From: Zootoca vivipara
Taxonomy: Eukaryota
Reading direction: 5' to 3'
Assembly: GCF_963506605.1 (NCBI RefSeq)
Contig: NC_083288.1
Location: 20,150,001 to 20,214,000, forward strand
Length of the DNA stretch: 64,000 bases
The notes below the pieces were generated by a model. The model was not told the DNA's origin. It made no database searches and saw only the letters and a list, made by a program, of their open reading frames with translations. Numbering within the stretch: position 1 is the first letter of the stretch; each line of letters begins with the position of its first letter. Position numbers and translations under genes: made by a program. Positions 51,363 through 64,000 of this stretch are shown piece by piece.

Positions 51363-54300
51363 AGCATAATAAATCGTTGCTACACAGCGAACATTTATAA
51401 CATAATATTTTAATTAAAATAATCTTTGTAATCTTCCACACATCCCCCATGAGGAAAATAATCACTGAACCAAAGTTGGAGGGGTGTTCCCAGGGTAAAT
51501 ATGTATGCTTTTCTGAAATCAAATAACTATAAAAATACGTATCACGTGGTTAAAATGAATAATAAACAAAGGAATTGGAAACAATACAGGATGTGTCAAA
51601 GAATGCTTCTAAAAGATTTTATTATAAACTCCAAGCTGTAAGGAGATTTAGGGCAGAGTCCAGCGACCATTTCCCATATGCAAACAAACCCTGTTTATTT
51701 TTTATTAACTACCTCGGTTTTGCTCAGCCCCCCATTCATTTCGGTCTCGCGCAGGATAAATTTCAGCCTTAATCCTCTAGTAATACCTGTATAGGAAATG
51801 TGAAGCATCCCGGAAGTTATCCTATACGACTTCCTGTTGGGGTGTTCTGTAAAGTTTTACAGATTAACCATCAGGGATTAATGGGTTAATAACTATGACT
51901 TTGTCTTTTAGGGAATTAATTACTGTGGAGACTTTGCCTCTTAAAACTGGAAAGCTGTCTTAAAATAAATTGTCGGATAGTATCTTAATCTTGGATCTTC
52001 CGCAATACTGTTGGGTTCTGAGCTTGCTTATTTTTAAGGCATTTGGAATCTGAGGTTTGTTTCACTTTATTATATTCATTTTCTTTAGATAATCATATAT
52101 TGTCCTTCAACATCAAAGTATTCGAAGAGACACTATGCCACATTCCCGAATTTGATTAATAACATTTAATACGTTTACTTTTCCTTCCGATAAATAGCGC
52201 CTTTTGTTTAGTCGATTGCAAATCCTCTCACATTTAGGAGGGATTGTCCACTTACTTCAGGATCCTCTTAAATTAAGAAGATAACTAAAGTTAAGAGTCT
52301 TAACGGTGTCTTCACAGAGGCTTTGCAATGCAGTGGCAATTAACTGCTTCTTACTCATTAATACATTGCTCGGTCAAATGGCTGAGAGGAATCGAATATT
52401 CGATTGGCTGACAGATTTAATTTCTAAAACTTTGTCGCAAGAGTGTTAGGGCATGCACCTCCTTTGAATTTATGCGTGTGTGTTTGGGGATCATTCCTCA
52501 TTCGAATTATTGGTGCAGAATATATTCGGCAACAATAAAGAACGAACCAGGCCGGATTAAAGATGACAGTAAAATAAATAAATAAATCATGTTGATTTTA
52601 AATGGAAGGGGTTTATCTCAGCAGTTAGGATAATGGTACAGTTGGAAGGAAAAATTATGAAACCATTCAAAGTACACACATGCAGACTGCAGAAGCACCT
52701 GAGCTCCAGTCCTTCCTTTTTTTTATAACTCTCCTGTTCAACATTTAGCGGATTAAATTGAAATTAGCGTCAATCGATTCTATATGAAGAACAGTTCCCC
52801 CCGCCTTGTTGCACGATGGTGGAAAAGAGCGATTCACTGCAGAACCTCCATGAATTAGAACCACGTAGTTGGCTACCAGCTAATTTATTTGTGCACAGAT
52901 CCTAAACATGCTGACTATCAAAAGCAAGCCCCGCTGAAAAGAGTGAGATTCGTTTACAATAAAGCCTGTTCAGGATCCGGGATATAAAGTCCTGTTAAAG
53001 GTCAATAAGACTGTTGTTTTAAGTGTAAATATTTAGAACCAGGGGTGACAAGTTGCTGTCTTACCCTAGTTGCTTGGGCGTAAGTTTCGGACTGAGTCCA
53101 AACCCAAGTGGTTAGGATGGAAGTTTAAACTGAGTTACTGAGTTGTAAATTGGGTTGTCCCTAATTTGGAGTAAGAGGTTTAAGCAGGTTGCGGTCCTCC
53201 TGTTTAAAGGTACACCCGATCCTAAGCAAGAGGGTATTTCTACATCCAAAATGCATTTCTTGAGAGGTGCGTCACATAGAAATGGTTGGTTTCCATATAG
53301 CTCCATTCGGATATCAAATCCCAAATGGGTTGAAATGCAAAAGGTGTGTATTTGCATTTCAAGGTGTGTATTTGCGTGCGTACTCTCCCATAAAGCAATA
53401 CAGGTTAATTGTAACGAACTCTTGAGGCTTTTTTTTTTGCTTGGTATTTATGAAAGATCCCTATAAATGGACTACATTTTAAGCGTAACTTGGGCGATCC
53501 GTCTCTAGGCTTCTCTAATTACTACAGTTATCTCTGAAGCGCAGTCATCCCCGCTCCAGGTTTGTGTAATAATAAGGGAGGGGGAACGTGAGTGGGTAAC
53601 AACTCCGTTTGTTTTCAGAAGGTTAAAATCATCTCGGTATGAACGTTCATGGCTCACACAAGCACACGCTTCCTTTGCTCCCAGTACAGATCCCTGTGTA
53701 TCCTACCGTTTAAGAGTCAATTTGCCACCATAGCCCAGCCCTCTAGGAAGAGCCGTCAGGGATCAAGAATCCGAGCGAACAAGGGGATAAGCTGCTATTG
53801 GACGAAGTTCAAAACCCGTTGGTGGCGAAAATGAGAGCGAGAGGTTATTTCCACAAGTCCGCCCCTCCCCCCCAAGACAATCCATGTAATGAGTTATTAA
53901 TAGAAATAATTTAATACCAATTGACTTTTCGATAGACTTCCAATGACATGCCTCTGTCAAGTGCAGCCTGCTCTACAGCACACCGTATATGTATGTATGT
54001 ATGTATGTATGCATGCATGCATGTATGTATGTATGTATGTATGTATATTGTTCACCGTCTATTCTACAGGGTGTGTGTAGACAGACACCTACGGGCCTGG
54101 AAAGCTCAAGCCTTCACAATCCATTACATTCTTGAAGCTAGACCTTTGATGAGTTAGGGCAGGGTAACACCTCTGGTGGCTTCAAAGATAGAGTTTCTTT
54201 CAAATAAATTTCCTTTCTGAATTACTTTAACTCGGAGAGGGGAGGGGGAATATATGACATAAGCGTAGGTGACATTCAACTGCACCTTTGCTCGTGATGG

Positions 54301-54896
54301 GAAAAGGCACAGGGATTTAGGAACATGTACATGTGCTTCTTTCCCTCCCCCCTTCTCCTTTTGAATCCCCATATCCTTTCTCTGTATTGTGTTTTATTAA
54401 GTGGTCGTTGTTTCTTTTCTTTTTCCCCGTGTGTGTGTGTGTGTGTGTGTGTGGATAGATCCTATTAATGTGTGAGGAAAGTGTGTTTACATTTTAATTT
54501 GGAATGAAAAAAGTTTTGGTCCCGAAGTTAAAAAAAGGGGCACATCAACTGAATAATAATTTATGCATGTGTTCATTTAAAGCATATCTAGATGCACGAA
54601 TAAACAGACTAAAGTGACGTGCACATATTCGTAAATTCATCTGTCTATCTATCTGCACACACGCGCGCATATGTCCTCGCACATTTCTCTTTTGAATAAG
54701 CATCTACTGGCAAAAGAGCAACTTACAAAGAGACTGAAAAAGTCGCAGGCGCTACAGAGAGGAAAGCCTGCATTAAAATTCCTTGCCGTGGCATTTCCCC
54801 CACCCCTCCAAAGTAATGACCTGGGTAAAATTCAATATGACCGAGAGAACTATGCAAGCGTATTATAGAAAATGCAAGAGGGAGAGCCCCGGAGTG

Positions 54897-54913
54897 GGGT
54901 GAAACTCAGGTCA
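54897..54913 (+). promoter_or_regulatory. DR5 retinoic acid response element, probable B4U-RARE ortholog
   Basis: GGGTGA-aactc-AGGTCA about 5 kb upstream of HOXB4. Extra minus-strand half-sites TGACCT (54817) and TGACCG (54838) lie just upstream. Confidence 0.85.
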
Positions 54914-57870
54914 GCGCGTCTAACAAATATTAAAATGTTGGAGGCGCTGGGGACACGCCTAGCTGTTTAACAAAGACTGACAAAGTATGGAGATTAATAC
55001 GAAAACTTGCGGGTATCCGAACCGAAAACGCTCAGTTAGGCCTACGGCTCCCTGCAAGCTGGTAGCCAGCTATTCCGTAGGCTTTAAAAGGCAATCGCAG
55101 TGGGAGGGGTAGGAAAGGAAAAGGAAGAGATTTCCTATCGTGGGGAAAAAAAATCTTTTTCATGGAGGAAGGAGAGATACGACGCAAGGATCCAGTTTTC
55201 CGGTTGGTGTTTTGGGTTCTTTTTATTGTGGTTGTGGCTGGACCGCTTGGGAAAGGCTGCTGCATTTTGTATCCTGTCTTGCACGGGATGGTTATTTTTA
55301 ACTACGCGAACAAGGGGAGGGGGATTGTAAACGCTTCAGTTTTTGTACCTTGGGGAAAGGGAGGGGAGGTATAGGAGTTGAAGGAGAAGACCTCCAGGCT
55401 TTTTTTGCTCTCAATCCAGAGAAGGGTGATGTGATTGCAAAAAAAAAAAAAAGCTCGATCCCTAACGCATTTCCTCGGAAGTAAGTCTATCCGTAGCAAA
55501 CTGGAGCTCATCTGCTAGGTCAACGTGCAGAAAAGCAGCCTTGAACGCTGAGGCAGGCGCAGCAGTTACCTAGATGGGGGGGGGGGGGTCCTGAATGTAA
55601 TATAGAGGGGAGAGGGAAGTTCTCCTGCGCAAGCCCCCCCCCAATTGCGAGGAACGGGATTAACGCAATGATTATACTCAAGGTAGCCAGAAGACAACAG
55701 TTCTTAGTAGTAATAATATTTACATATATTGGCAGGTGCTTTTAGTTTTATGTTGTGCGAGGAGCGGGGGACACACACACATTGCTGGGACGCCCGAGGT
55801 GTGTCCGAAAGGTGTGCACCCTCTGTGACAAACAATTGCCCAGTCGTCCTTTCCTATCTGTTTGAACTTTATTGTAGTATGCAAACAATGTATTGTGGGT
55901 CCCATCTGCTTGGAAACTCTGTTGTTTTAGGGCTTCATTAACTTGCCTCTTTGAAATGCAGAGAACGCCTGGGCTAAATCTGTCTTTGCAAACTTCCGAA
56001 AAGTTGAGACGTTTTTATTAGAGCAATCGAGAGTGACCAAAAACAAAAAACAAAACAAAACACGGGTGGTTGGGAGGGTGGGGGGAGGTGTATATTTTGA
56101 TTTGGGGACAGCAGGCTGTTGTCCATGCCTCTGTGTGTGCGTGGTGCGGGTGGGGTGGGGGCTTTTGGAGAGGGTGGAAAGAATGGAACATTTCTGCTAG
56201 ACGCTAGGGGTGCTGGTGATACTAGGATGAAACCCCCCTTTGTCTATTTGCGCATGGCATTCTAAAAAAAGTGGCGGTGGCGCTTTAAATAAAAAAAAGA
56301 AAGATAAATATATATATAAATAAAAGAGTAGGCCTAGCTATTCGTTTTCCCGAAAAACCCATGTCTTGAGACAAGACTGGATGGAATACAGATGAAAACA
56401 GGAGAGGGCGGGGAAAATAAAAAATGGAAGCGATCAAGGTCAGGAGAAAGAGGAGAACGGATGTCTCAAAGGTGTATAACTACCGTAGTATACCTTTGTG
56501 TCTGGTAGTCTTCGTGGAAGGAAAGTTCTTTCTCTTTCTCTCCGCGCAATGGAGTTGGCCTGCAACTCTGCAAAAGTGTCCTTAGTCCTAAATTTTGTAA
56601 TGATTCCCATTGAAACAAATTATTCCCAGTATGGTATGCTTTCAAGTCAGGCTTGTCTCTGTTCTTAGTAGACAAATCTGCAGCTGCGATCCCGAATTTC
56701 CTATGTTGTCGCCCGACAATATATTAGCCCCGCTAGGCTAAAACAACCGGGGCAGGTATGGGTTCCCCCCGCCCGATCGGGGTGGCGCACTTTACAAATA
56801 GGTTGCGACGTATTAGTTGAATTAAACGGTGCACCTGATGAAATCCATGGAAGATGGGGGGTGGGGTGGGTCTAAATCCCGGGAACCTTGTTACTGACGT
56901 GAAAGCAAGCCCTATTGAAATCAGCAGCTCTTACTTCCAATTGAATACGTTCAGGTTCGGGATGCCCGTGTTGGAAAGCCGGTGCCTTCGTGCTCGCACG
57001 GTCCATTACCTGGAAGTTGGAGATTTGGATTCCAGTGGCATAGACTCTCTGGGGTATAGGCTTAATATGGCATTATTAATTGAAACACAAACGCCTTGTA
57101 TGTTATCTAACCAGCATATGTTGTAGGAAGCGGGCGTAGAGACATGAATTAACGCAGCCTTCATGCCACGAGTTTGGTTGTTTCGGGGTGGAAAGAGGAC
57201 AACAAGAATGTCTGAGTGCCTGCTTTGACTTTTTCCAAACTAATTTTTGACTCATGTGGGAGGCTGGTCTCGAAGCACGTGCGTTTCCTCCTCCTCCGCT
57301 CCCCAGCTAAACGGTTTAAAAACCAATAACCTCTTGCCTATGGTAGTATATTCGATACATAGGAGAAACGAACTATCTTCACTAATAGGGCCATAATCTA
57401 TTGCTCTGCTCTGATTCAGTTTCATCCAGCGTGACATCTCATAGGTAGTCCAGTGCCAACTGCTGAGTAAATAATGAACAAACTGTTCTACCTGACGAAG
57501 AATTACGTGTAACCTGAAGGATTCCCTATTCCTACACTAAAATATTGGGACCGCTTCCTTTCTTTTAATTTTTAAAAACCGCAACACGAATTCCAACACG
57601 TCTCATTTTTCCAGTCCAGCAGCCTTAACAGCTATCTACATAAAACCGCGCTGCTCCCGACTTCCTACCGCAAAAGGTCCATTACTTACACAAACTGCAT
57701 ATTTTATTGCTTTATATCCCCCTTTTTTCGGAAATGAAATTCCTTTGATCCTCCCCCATTCCTCTTCCCTAGGGTGAAAAGGGATGGAATTGCCCCATGT
57801 GTGTTGGGAGGGGAAGCCACACCCTGTTTTCCTGTTTATATTTGTATTTGTTTTAAGATCTCCCTCCCTA

Positions 57871-57955
57871 CAGTAAAATCCTACAAGTGCCTACTCAGAG
57901 TTAAGCCCCATTGCGTTCAGTGGGACTCATCCCTGGGTAAATGTGTGTTATTAGA
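57871..57955. mobile_element. Hairpin MITE-like repeat (family A), upstream of miR-10a
   Basis: AATCCTACAAGTGCCTACTCAGAGTTAAGCCCCATTGCGTTCAGTGGGACTCATCCCTGGGTAAATGTG. Confidence 0.7.
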
Positions 57956-58390
57956 CAACCAAATTATCGGAATAAGCCTAATGTTATTCCTTATTACAAC
58001 GAAATCGGGCGAACAGGGTCGTTTTAGTTCTAATTAAACGATAAATCTCACTGAAGTGGATTGGGAGTAACTTTGTTTCTGCTTAGATCCTGCAACAGAC
58101 TTTCCTTCCTTCCTTCCCTCCCAACTTTTCTGGACTACCTTTCTGCAACAGTATTCCTTCTGCGGAGGAAGATGCAACAGTGGATTACGCGACAGAGTTG
58201 GGCTAACAACCACGCGATTTTGCGACGTGTGTTGCAAGCAAATATTTCCAGACATACCTTCCTCCTGAAAATCGGATTATTTGTTTCTTTTTTGTTTTTT
58301 GTTTCGCCCCAATGGCCAAGCACCTTTCCTCTTCGCTGTAAGCCAAAGCGGAAGACTTCTAGCCAAACTCAAAGGAGAATTATCTCTCTC

Positions 58391-58476
58391 TGTCTTCTGT
58401 ATGTACCCTGTAGATCCGAATTTGTGTAAAAGAAGCTGCGTCACAAATTCGCATCTAGGGGAATATGTAGTTGACA
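58391..58476 (+). ncRNA. MIR10A: microRNA miR-10a precursor hairpin (5p 58404-58426; 3p about 58444-58465)
   Basis: TACCCTGTAGATCCGAATTTGTG is mature miR-10a-5p. The complementary arm is CAAATTCGCATCTAGGGGAATA. Syntenic position just upstream of HOXB4. Confidence 0.97.
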
Positions 58477-59739
58477 CAAACGCTACGGAACGCATCCCTC
58501 AAGAAGAAGGAGGAGGAAAAGAAAGGGAGAAAAAAGGACGAAGCAAATCGTTAAAAGACTTTCCCTTCAAGGACTATTCCGTGTTGGTGGTGTGTTGCTT
58601 TAATGGCAGTGGGGGGGCCCCCGCCCCGCCCCGCCACCATGTTTTAAGCATCCAGACAGGTTGATTCAAATTATCGGGTATCTTCTGCGGAACAGGAAAT
58701 CCACAGGGAGAGAACAGAACAGTTATTCCCTTCTGTGTTCATATGCTTGCAGAAATTGCTCTCTAGAACCATGCCTTTCTTTCTGTAAATCGGGCTGAGA
58801 GAAAACAGGTCTCTAAAAATTACCTGTTTGGTGCCATCTGTGCGGAGGCGCCACTCAGCACTCAGAAGAGACAGGTGACAGGTCCCTGCCCCGAGGGTTT
58901 CCAAAAGGGGTGGTCACATTGCGTCTTAATGAAAACGGACATTTAGGAAATAGACAGGAAAATGCAGGGTATGTTCCCTTACTTAAATACTTCTTTAAAA
59001 AGCTATGTATGCAGCTGGATTTTTTTAAAATCATCGTATTGTAGACTAACCCTAACTCCCTGCTCCTCTGTCTCCATGCTTTTTAAAATATATTTTCTCC
59101 TCCTTGGGGGGGGGGAGTACCAGTCTAAACCAGAACCTGTCTTTTAAAGGGATGGGTAACCCGAATTAGTTAATGGCGTTTCTATCGATCTCAAACGAGC
59201 TCTATCTATCTTTGCCACCGGCAGGGCTCTATCACAAAAATTTAGGCAGTAGCTAGAAGATTAATGCATCATAAACCGAGGAGAATATTTCCTTTCCTCC
59301 CAGTCTCCTATTGTTCAGACTACATGTGTTGTTACCGTATTTTGCTTTTTTACTTCGAGGCAAACTCTGCCGTGGGGAATCGTGTGTGTACACTCTCACA
59401 CGCACGCTCGCCAGTATCGACAGTGATTTTAATTCAGTCAATGCACCGGGTGGGGGCACTTGGATTTTGTGATGACTTCTTGGCTATGAGATGATAGATT
59501 TCTTCGGGATATGAAATTATGTAAATCCTGATATGTAAAAAGATAATAATGATAACTGTTCCGCAATGCGGAGTCCCACCTAGATTCCTGAGTGCATTTA
59601 TATGTAAAGTTAAGTCCAATTTACTTTAAAACAACCTGCTTCCAAGTTGACTGTGTGCTGGCAACGGAAAGGCTAAAAGCGTCCTCCCCCCCCCCTTTCC
59701 CCCTTCTTGATTATTTCCTTATCCGGGAATCCCAGGCAA

Positions 59740-59835
59740 CCTCTCCATTGGTTCCTGGGGTCACATGAACATCTAACTTTGTTCAGTTGACGGCAAAAGT
59801 AGGAGGGCTCTTCGAAACAGGAAAACGAGTGAGAA
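59740..59835 (+). promoter_or_regulatory. HOXB4 promoter (NF-Y CCAAT plus USF-type E-box)
   Basis: ATTGG 59747-59751 and CACATG 59762-59767. NF-Y/USF control of HOXB4 is established in human cells. Confidence 0.75.
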
Positions 59836-59986
59836 GGGGAGGGGAAGGAAGGGAGAAGGGGGAAGGGGAGGGGGCCCCGAAAGAAATAGGAATAAATTTT
59901 AGTATATTTTTTGGGGTGTGCGTGTGTGTGAGTGAGCGGGAGTGTGCGTGCTGGCGCGCGCGCGCCCTTTTGCAATTCCAAAATTA

Positions 59987-60407
59987 ATGGCCATGAGTTC
60001 GTTCTTGATCAACTCCAACTATGTGGACCCCAAATTCCCACCATGCGAAGAATATTCCCAGCACGATTACCTTCCCAGTCATTCTCCGGAATATTTCGGC
60101 GGCCAGAGGCGAGAGGAGAACTCTTTCCAACCCGAGGCGTTGTACCCAGCGCGGTCCGCCTGTAACCAACCATCCTATCCTCCATGTCAGGGCTCTGGGC
60201 ACCCAGCATCGGTCCTATCTCCCAGGAGCCAGCGTGTCCATGCTCCAGCTGGACTTCAAAACCATCTCTCCGAATCAAACCACACTTGCGAATCCATCAC
60301 GCCAAGCCCACCGCCTTCCTGTAGCCAAAACTCTCTCAACCAAAGCCCGTCCTCATGCAAAGAACCGGTAGTTTATCCTTGGATGAAGAAGGTTCATGTT
60401 AGCACGG
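59987..60407 (+). CDS. HOXB4: Homeobox protein Hox-B4, exon 1
   Basis: MAMSSFLINSNYVDPKFPPCEEYSQHDYLPSHSPEY...CKEPVVYPWMKKVHVST; donor ACGG|GTAAGT. Confidence 0.97.
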
Positions 60408-60530
60408 GTAAGTGAACCTTAAAGTGCCGTTCGCTTTATACTAACTTGCACCTCAAAGTCTTGTTGGGAAGAAGAAGAGAGAGAGAGAGAAAAGCTTATT
60501 GCCCCCGTTGTAAAAGAACCATTCCCCTTG

Positions 60531-60592
60531 GAGATTTATGGTCTCCCTGTTTGCAGAGCGCTATAATTACATCCTCCATAAATTTTTATTGC
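60531..60592 (+). promoter_or_regulatory. HB-1-type homeodomain-binding element in the HOXB4 intron
   Basis: GATTTATGG...CTATAATTACATCCTCCATAAATTTTTATTGC, the clustered TAAT/TTTAT element typical of paralog-4 introns. Confidence 0.7.
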
Positions 60593-61783
60593 TCTTCTTG
60601 GCCAACTGCCTTTGAAGTCCCTGTTAACATCCTCCTCCAGTTTCTTTCTTTCCTTCTTTCCCTTCCTTCCTCCCCCCCACCCCCGTCCTTTATTCTTTTC
60701 TTTCTTTCCTTCCACTGGAGAACGTTCCCCAGGAAAAGTTTGAAGGAGGTACGGGGGTCTTTTATTTTCATTGTCGGCTTAAATTGTATTGAAGTAGAGA
60801 GTTTCAGCAAACTTCTACTTTGCCTTTCTCCAAGGCTTGGGGTTGGGGGTTGGGGGGTTGTTTGTTTTAAGATGGTCCCTTCAGAGCAACGTTTCAGAGA
60901 AGGAAGTCTCGTGGGTTTCAATGGGAATGACTTCCCAGAGGGGGGAAAAGAAGCTTGCGTGTCTCACGATCGAGGGGTTGGTTTGTCTTACATGTGGGGC
61001 AAACTTTATAGAACTTTGAGGTGCACAGGCAACTCCTTCGTACACGTGCAGGAGCCTTAGGCAGCTTGTTAGCTCGATCCTCAAGACGCTTAAGTCGGTG
61101 TATTTGAATTTATGCCTATTTAGCGACAGCGATTTGACTGCATTTAGTTCAGCCCAAGCATTAAGGCTGAACTGCAGAGCAAATTGTAGATCTATTTCGC
61201 ACTCAAGGCTCTGATGCATTATTAGGGTTCTGGTACGCATATATGCATTCGGCCTTCCTTCCCTCTCTTCACATTTAGTTACTCAAAGGCTAGTAACACT
61301 CAGAGGCTGTAAAACGGAATGCAGGGCTGTTGTGTGATGTCAGGGTCCATAGCTGAATGCAACCCCCTCCTCGTCTCGCTATCACTCTCGTCCTTTCTCA
61401 CCTAATACTGTGATCTATCCTCTGGAGTAACCACAATGATTCCAGTGGGATTTCTCTGCACTGCCGTTTAAGCGCAGCTGTTTGAAAGCTTGGAGGACTT
61501 CGGCGACTTCTGGACCAGGAGAACAGCCTGGATTTTAATAGAATGGTGGTTGTTTTTGTTTTTTTCTAAAAGAGCTATGTAAGGCTTAACATAGATGCAG
61601 CGAAGCAGGAAGATAGACGGGAAGATTTAGGCAGTGAGTGGGGTGCACTGGGAGACACGGGGTGAGAGGAAAGGTCAGACAGGGAGACACGCGTTCAAGC
61701 GATCAGAATCAACCTTGTGTAACCCTCAAAGTTCTAAAAGTAAACTCTGGATACACCCACAGGAATGGCTGGCATTCGGGCAG

Positions 61784-61860
61784 TTCAGTCCTATGCCTCT
61801 TTACCCAGAGGTAAGCCCCGCTGAGCTAAACGGAACCTCTACTCCCCTCCTGTGTGGATA
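61784..61860. mobile_element. Hairpin MITE-like repeat (family A), HOXB4 intron
   Basis: CAGTCCTATGCCTCTTTACCCAGAGGTAAGCCCCGCTGAGCTAAACGGAACCTCTACTCCC. Confidence 0.6.
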
Positions 61861-62241
61861 GATACTAGAGACTTACAATCCCACCGAGTTCGTTGGGACT
61901 CATTCCTACGATCGTTTAGATGGGAGCAAACACGGTTAAGCTCCGTGGGACTTCCTTCCCACGGGTCTCCTTTCCGAGTAGGAGGTAAAGATCCAGGCCC
62001 TTACAGCGTCGCTGGGGGAGGGGTGTGGTTTGGGGGGACTTGTTTTGTAAAGGGCTGTGGCGTCTTCCAGGAGCTTCCCCCCCCCAAGAGAACGTCTTGG
62101 TTTTTGTTTCGTTTTCAAGGGGCATAAGAAGAGTAACGCTCCCCACCATCTCCTTCCCCCCCCTAACCCTGCTCCCCTCCCTGTTCCTGCTCTCTTTCTC
62201 TCTCCCCTGCCCCACTCCTCCTTTTGTGTTTCTACATTCAG

Positions 62242-62579
62242 TCAACCCCAACTACGCGGGAGGGGAGCCGAAGCGTTCCAGAACAGCATATACCAGGCAG
62301 CAAGTCTTGGAGCTGGAGAAGGAATTCCACTACAACCGCTACCTCACCCGGAGGCGGAGGGTGGAAATCGCCCACACGCTTTGCCTATCCGAGCGCCAGA
62401 TCAAGATATGGTTTCAAAACAGGAGGATGAAATGGAAAAAGGACCACAAGTTGCCCAATACTAAGATCCGTTCCAATTCTGCCGCCAACCTCTCGGCGCA
62501 AGGCGCGGGAGGAGCCCAGGACCGAGGCAATGGACCAACCCCAAACCCCACCGCCACCCCGACCACCCCCACCCTATAA
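62242..62579 (+). CDS. HOXB4: Homeobox protein Hox-B4, exon 2 (homeodomain)
   Basis: Acceptor ACATTCAG|TC; [78 protein letters not shown]. Total 252 aa. Confidence 0.97.
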
Positions 62580-63069
62580 CTGGCCTTTGAGCTTGGCGGC
62601 CCTCGAGTGTGTATGTGTGCGTGTGCGCGTGCGCGCGGATCTGTGTGCTTAAGAACTGATGTGTGAAAGCGAGGGAGGCCTGGTAGTTTTCCTGTTCCTA
62701 AGGGAGAAACATGGGGGTGTTAGGGGGAGGGGACAAGTGGGTGGGTGAACGGGGACCACTATTTATACGAGGGGAGAAGAAACAAAGGAGGATGAGAGGG
62801 TTTTTTTTTTTCGCGGGGGAGGGGGGGAATTAGTTCTTTGGCCGGAAAGCAGGGTTGCTGTGTTTGGGGGGTAGCTCCTCTGTTCTATAGGAGATGGGGT
62901 TTTCAGATTTGGCTAAGATGGATCCCTTTTTCATCCTTAATCAAGCCAAACTCGGGCCCATTTGTCATGTTTACTCTCGCGTACAAACGAAGGACCTTAT
63001 GCCAACCATTAGCGCGACAGCTAGAGTCGTCTTTAATAAATGAGGCCCGGTTTCACCTAAGGAGAACTG

Positions 63070-63116
<47 letters not shown>

Positions 63117-63948
63117 TCTCTCCCCCTTCTTCTACCCTACCCACCTCACGAGCCAGAAACCCCAGTTTAAACCCAGACTTTTACCCACAAGGCGACAGAA
63201 AAGTGTTGTTGGCATCTGCTTAACACAGCTCTAGATAGGAGAGGGGAAAATAGAATTCTCACAGCCCTCTAAGGACTTTACTGGATGATAAATATTGTAA
63301 TATTCCAAGTAAGGAAGGGCATCACGCGGCCGCGGCGGTGGGGGGCGAGAATCGGGGAAGGACACAAAATAAAAAAAAGAGAGGAAGAAGCAATGTAATT
63401 TAAAGGCGGCAGGAAAGTACTTCAGGTTAATTATCTAACCTGGAAGACCTGGAAAGCGGAGAAGGGCAGTGCATTTCAGTCTATAAAGTTGATTATAGCA
63501 TAAGGCCATCTGGGTTCCAGCAGCCATGAAAATTGAACGGGTGTGTGTGTGGGGGGGGGGTGCCTTTGTAAATAAGGATGCGCCTTCGCTTCAGTTTTTG
63601 AAATGAATGTGAAGATAAAGATGAATTTTCAGGAAATTCCCCAGAGAAGTAAGGCGTGAGGAAAGGAATATGGGTATTCTCTGCTCTCTCTCGCTCGCTC
63701 TCTCTCCCTCTCCCTCTCCCTCTCTCTCTCTCTTGTCCCCCCCCCCCTCATTTTCTTCTCTCACCCTTCTCTCTCCTATACTGTACTGTATATGACATTC
63801 CGAAATGGTATGATTCCAGAGAACTTGAGAGAGGGGGGTATATAACACGCCCCTCCTTTCGTTCTGTATAATTACCTCTTGTTGTTTTGTGTGATACCCA
63901 TAAGAACATGTATATAGCAGCAGCCACGGTGGAAAACAACAACCCTGA

Positions 63949-63954
63949 AATAAA
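63949..63954 (+). terminator. Candidate HOXB4 polyadenylation signal
   Basis: AATAAA followed by GU-rich sequence at the window end. Confidence 0.45.
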
Positions 63955-64000
63955 GCATTTATGGTGAATACGGTTGTCCGTGTCTTTCAGAGTGTATCTG

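Noticed and set aside
59212-59228. Weak CTCF-like matches (here on the minus strand, also near 56775 and 26220)
   Set aside because: They have several mismatches at high-information positions and cannot be supported without ChIP data.
60446-61060. 204-aa ORF in the HOXB4 intron
   Set aside because: It has a TTG start and low-complexity F/L/S/P content from pyrimidine tracts, overlaps a known-type regulatory element, and shows no domain similarity.

Overview
This is a vertebrate HoxB cluster segment with all genes on the + strand, in collinear order: HOXB8, HOXB7, HOXB6, HOXB5, miR-10a, HOXB4. All five Hox genes are intact two-exon genes with a phase-1 intron between the hexapeptide and the homeodomain; splice junctions were rebuilt by hand and stay in frame. 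The host is probably a squamate reptile (inference). The reasons are sauropsid-like proteins, heavy microsatellite load, and about 20 decayed copies of a ~90-bp hairpin MITE-like element plus a second repeat family in introns and intergenic DNA, which mammalian Hox clusters largely exclude. Recognisable regulatory parts include two DR5 RAREs between HOXB5 and HOXB4, CTCF motifs, the near-perfect miR-196 site in the HOXB8 3'UTR and the HB-1-type intron element of HOXB4. I found no wholly new gene system. The best candidates for something undescribed are: (i) a repeated CCAAT/E-box promoter module that also marks two intergenic blocks with downstream splice donors; (ii) MITE copies that carry splice donors into Hox introns; (iii) a 21-nt repeat-derived motif kept identical at three distant sites; (iv) a 27-aa Asn/Gly/Ser insertion in HOXB5; (v) a (TTA)11 array just before the HOXB6 ATG. 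There are three assembly gaps. Comparisons with human or mouse are from recall and need checking by alignment.
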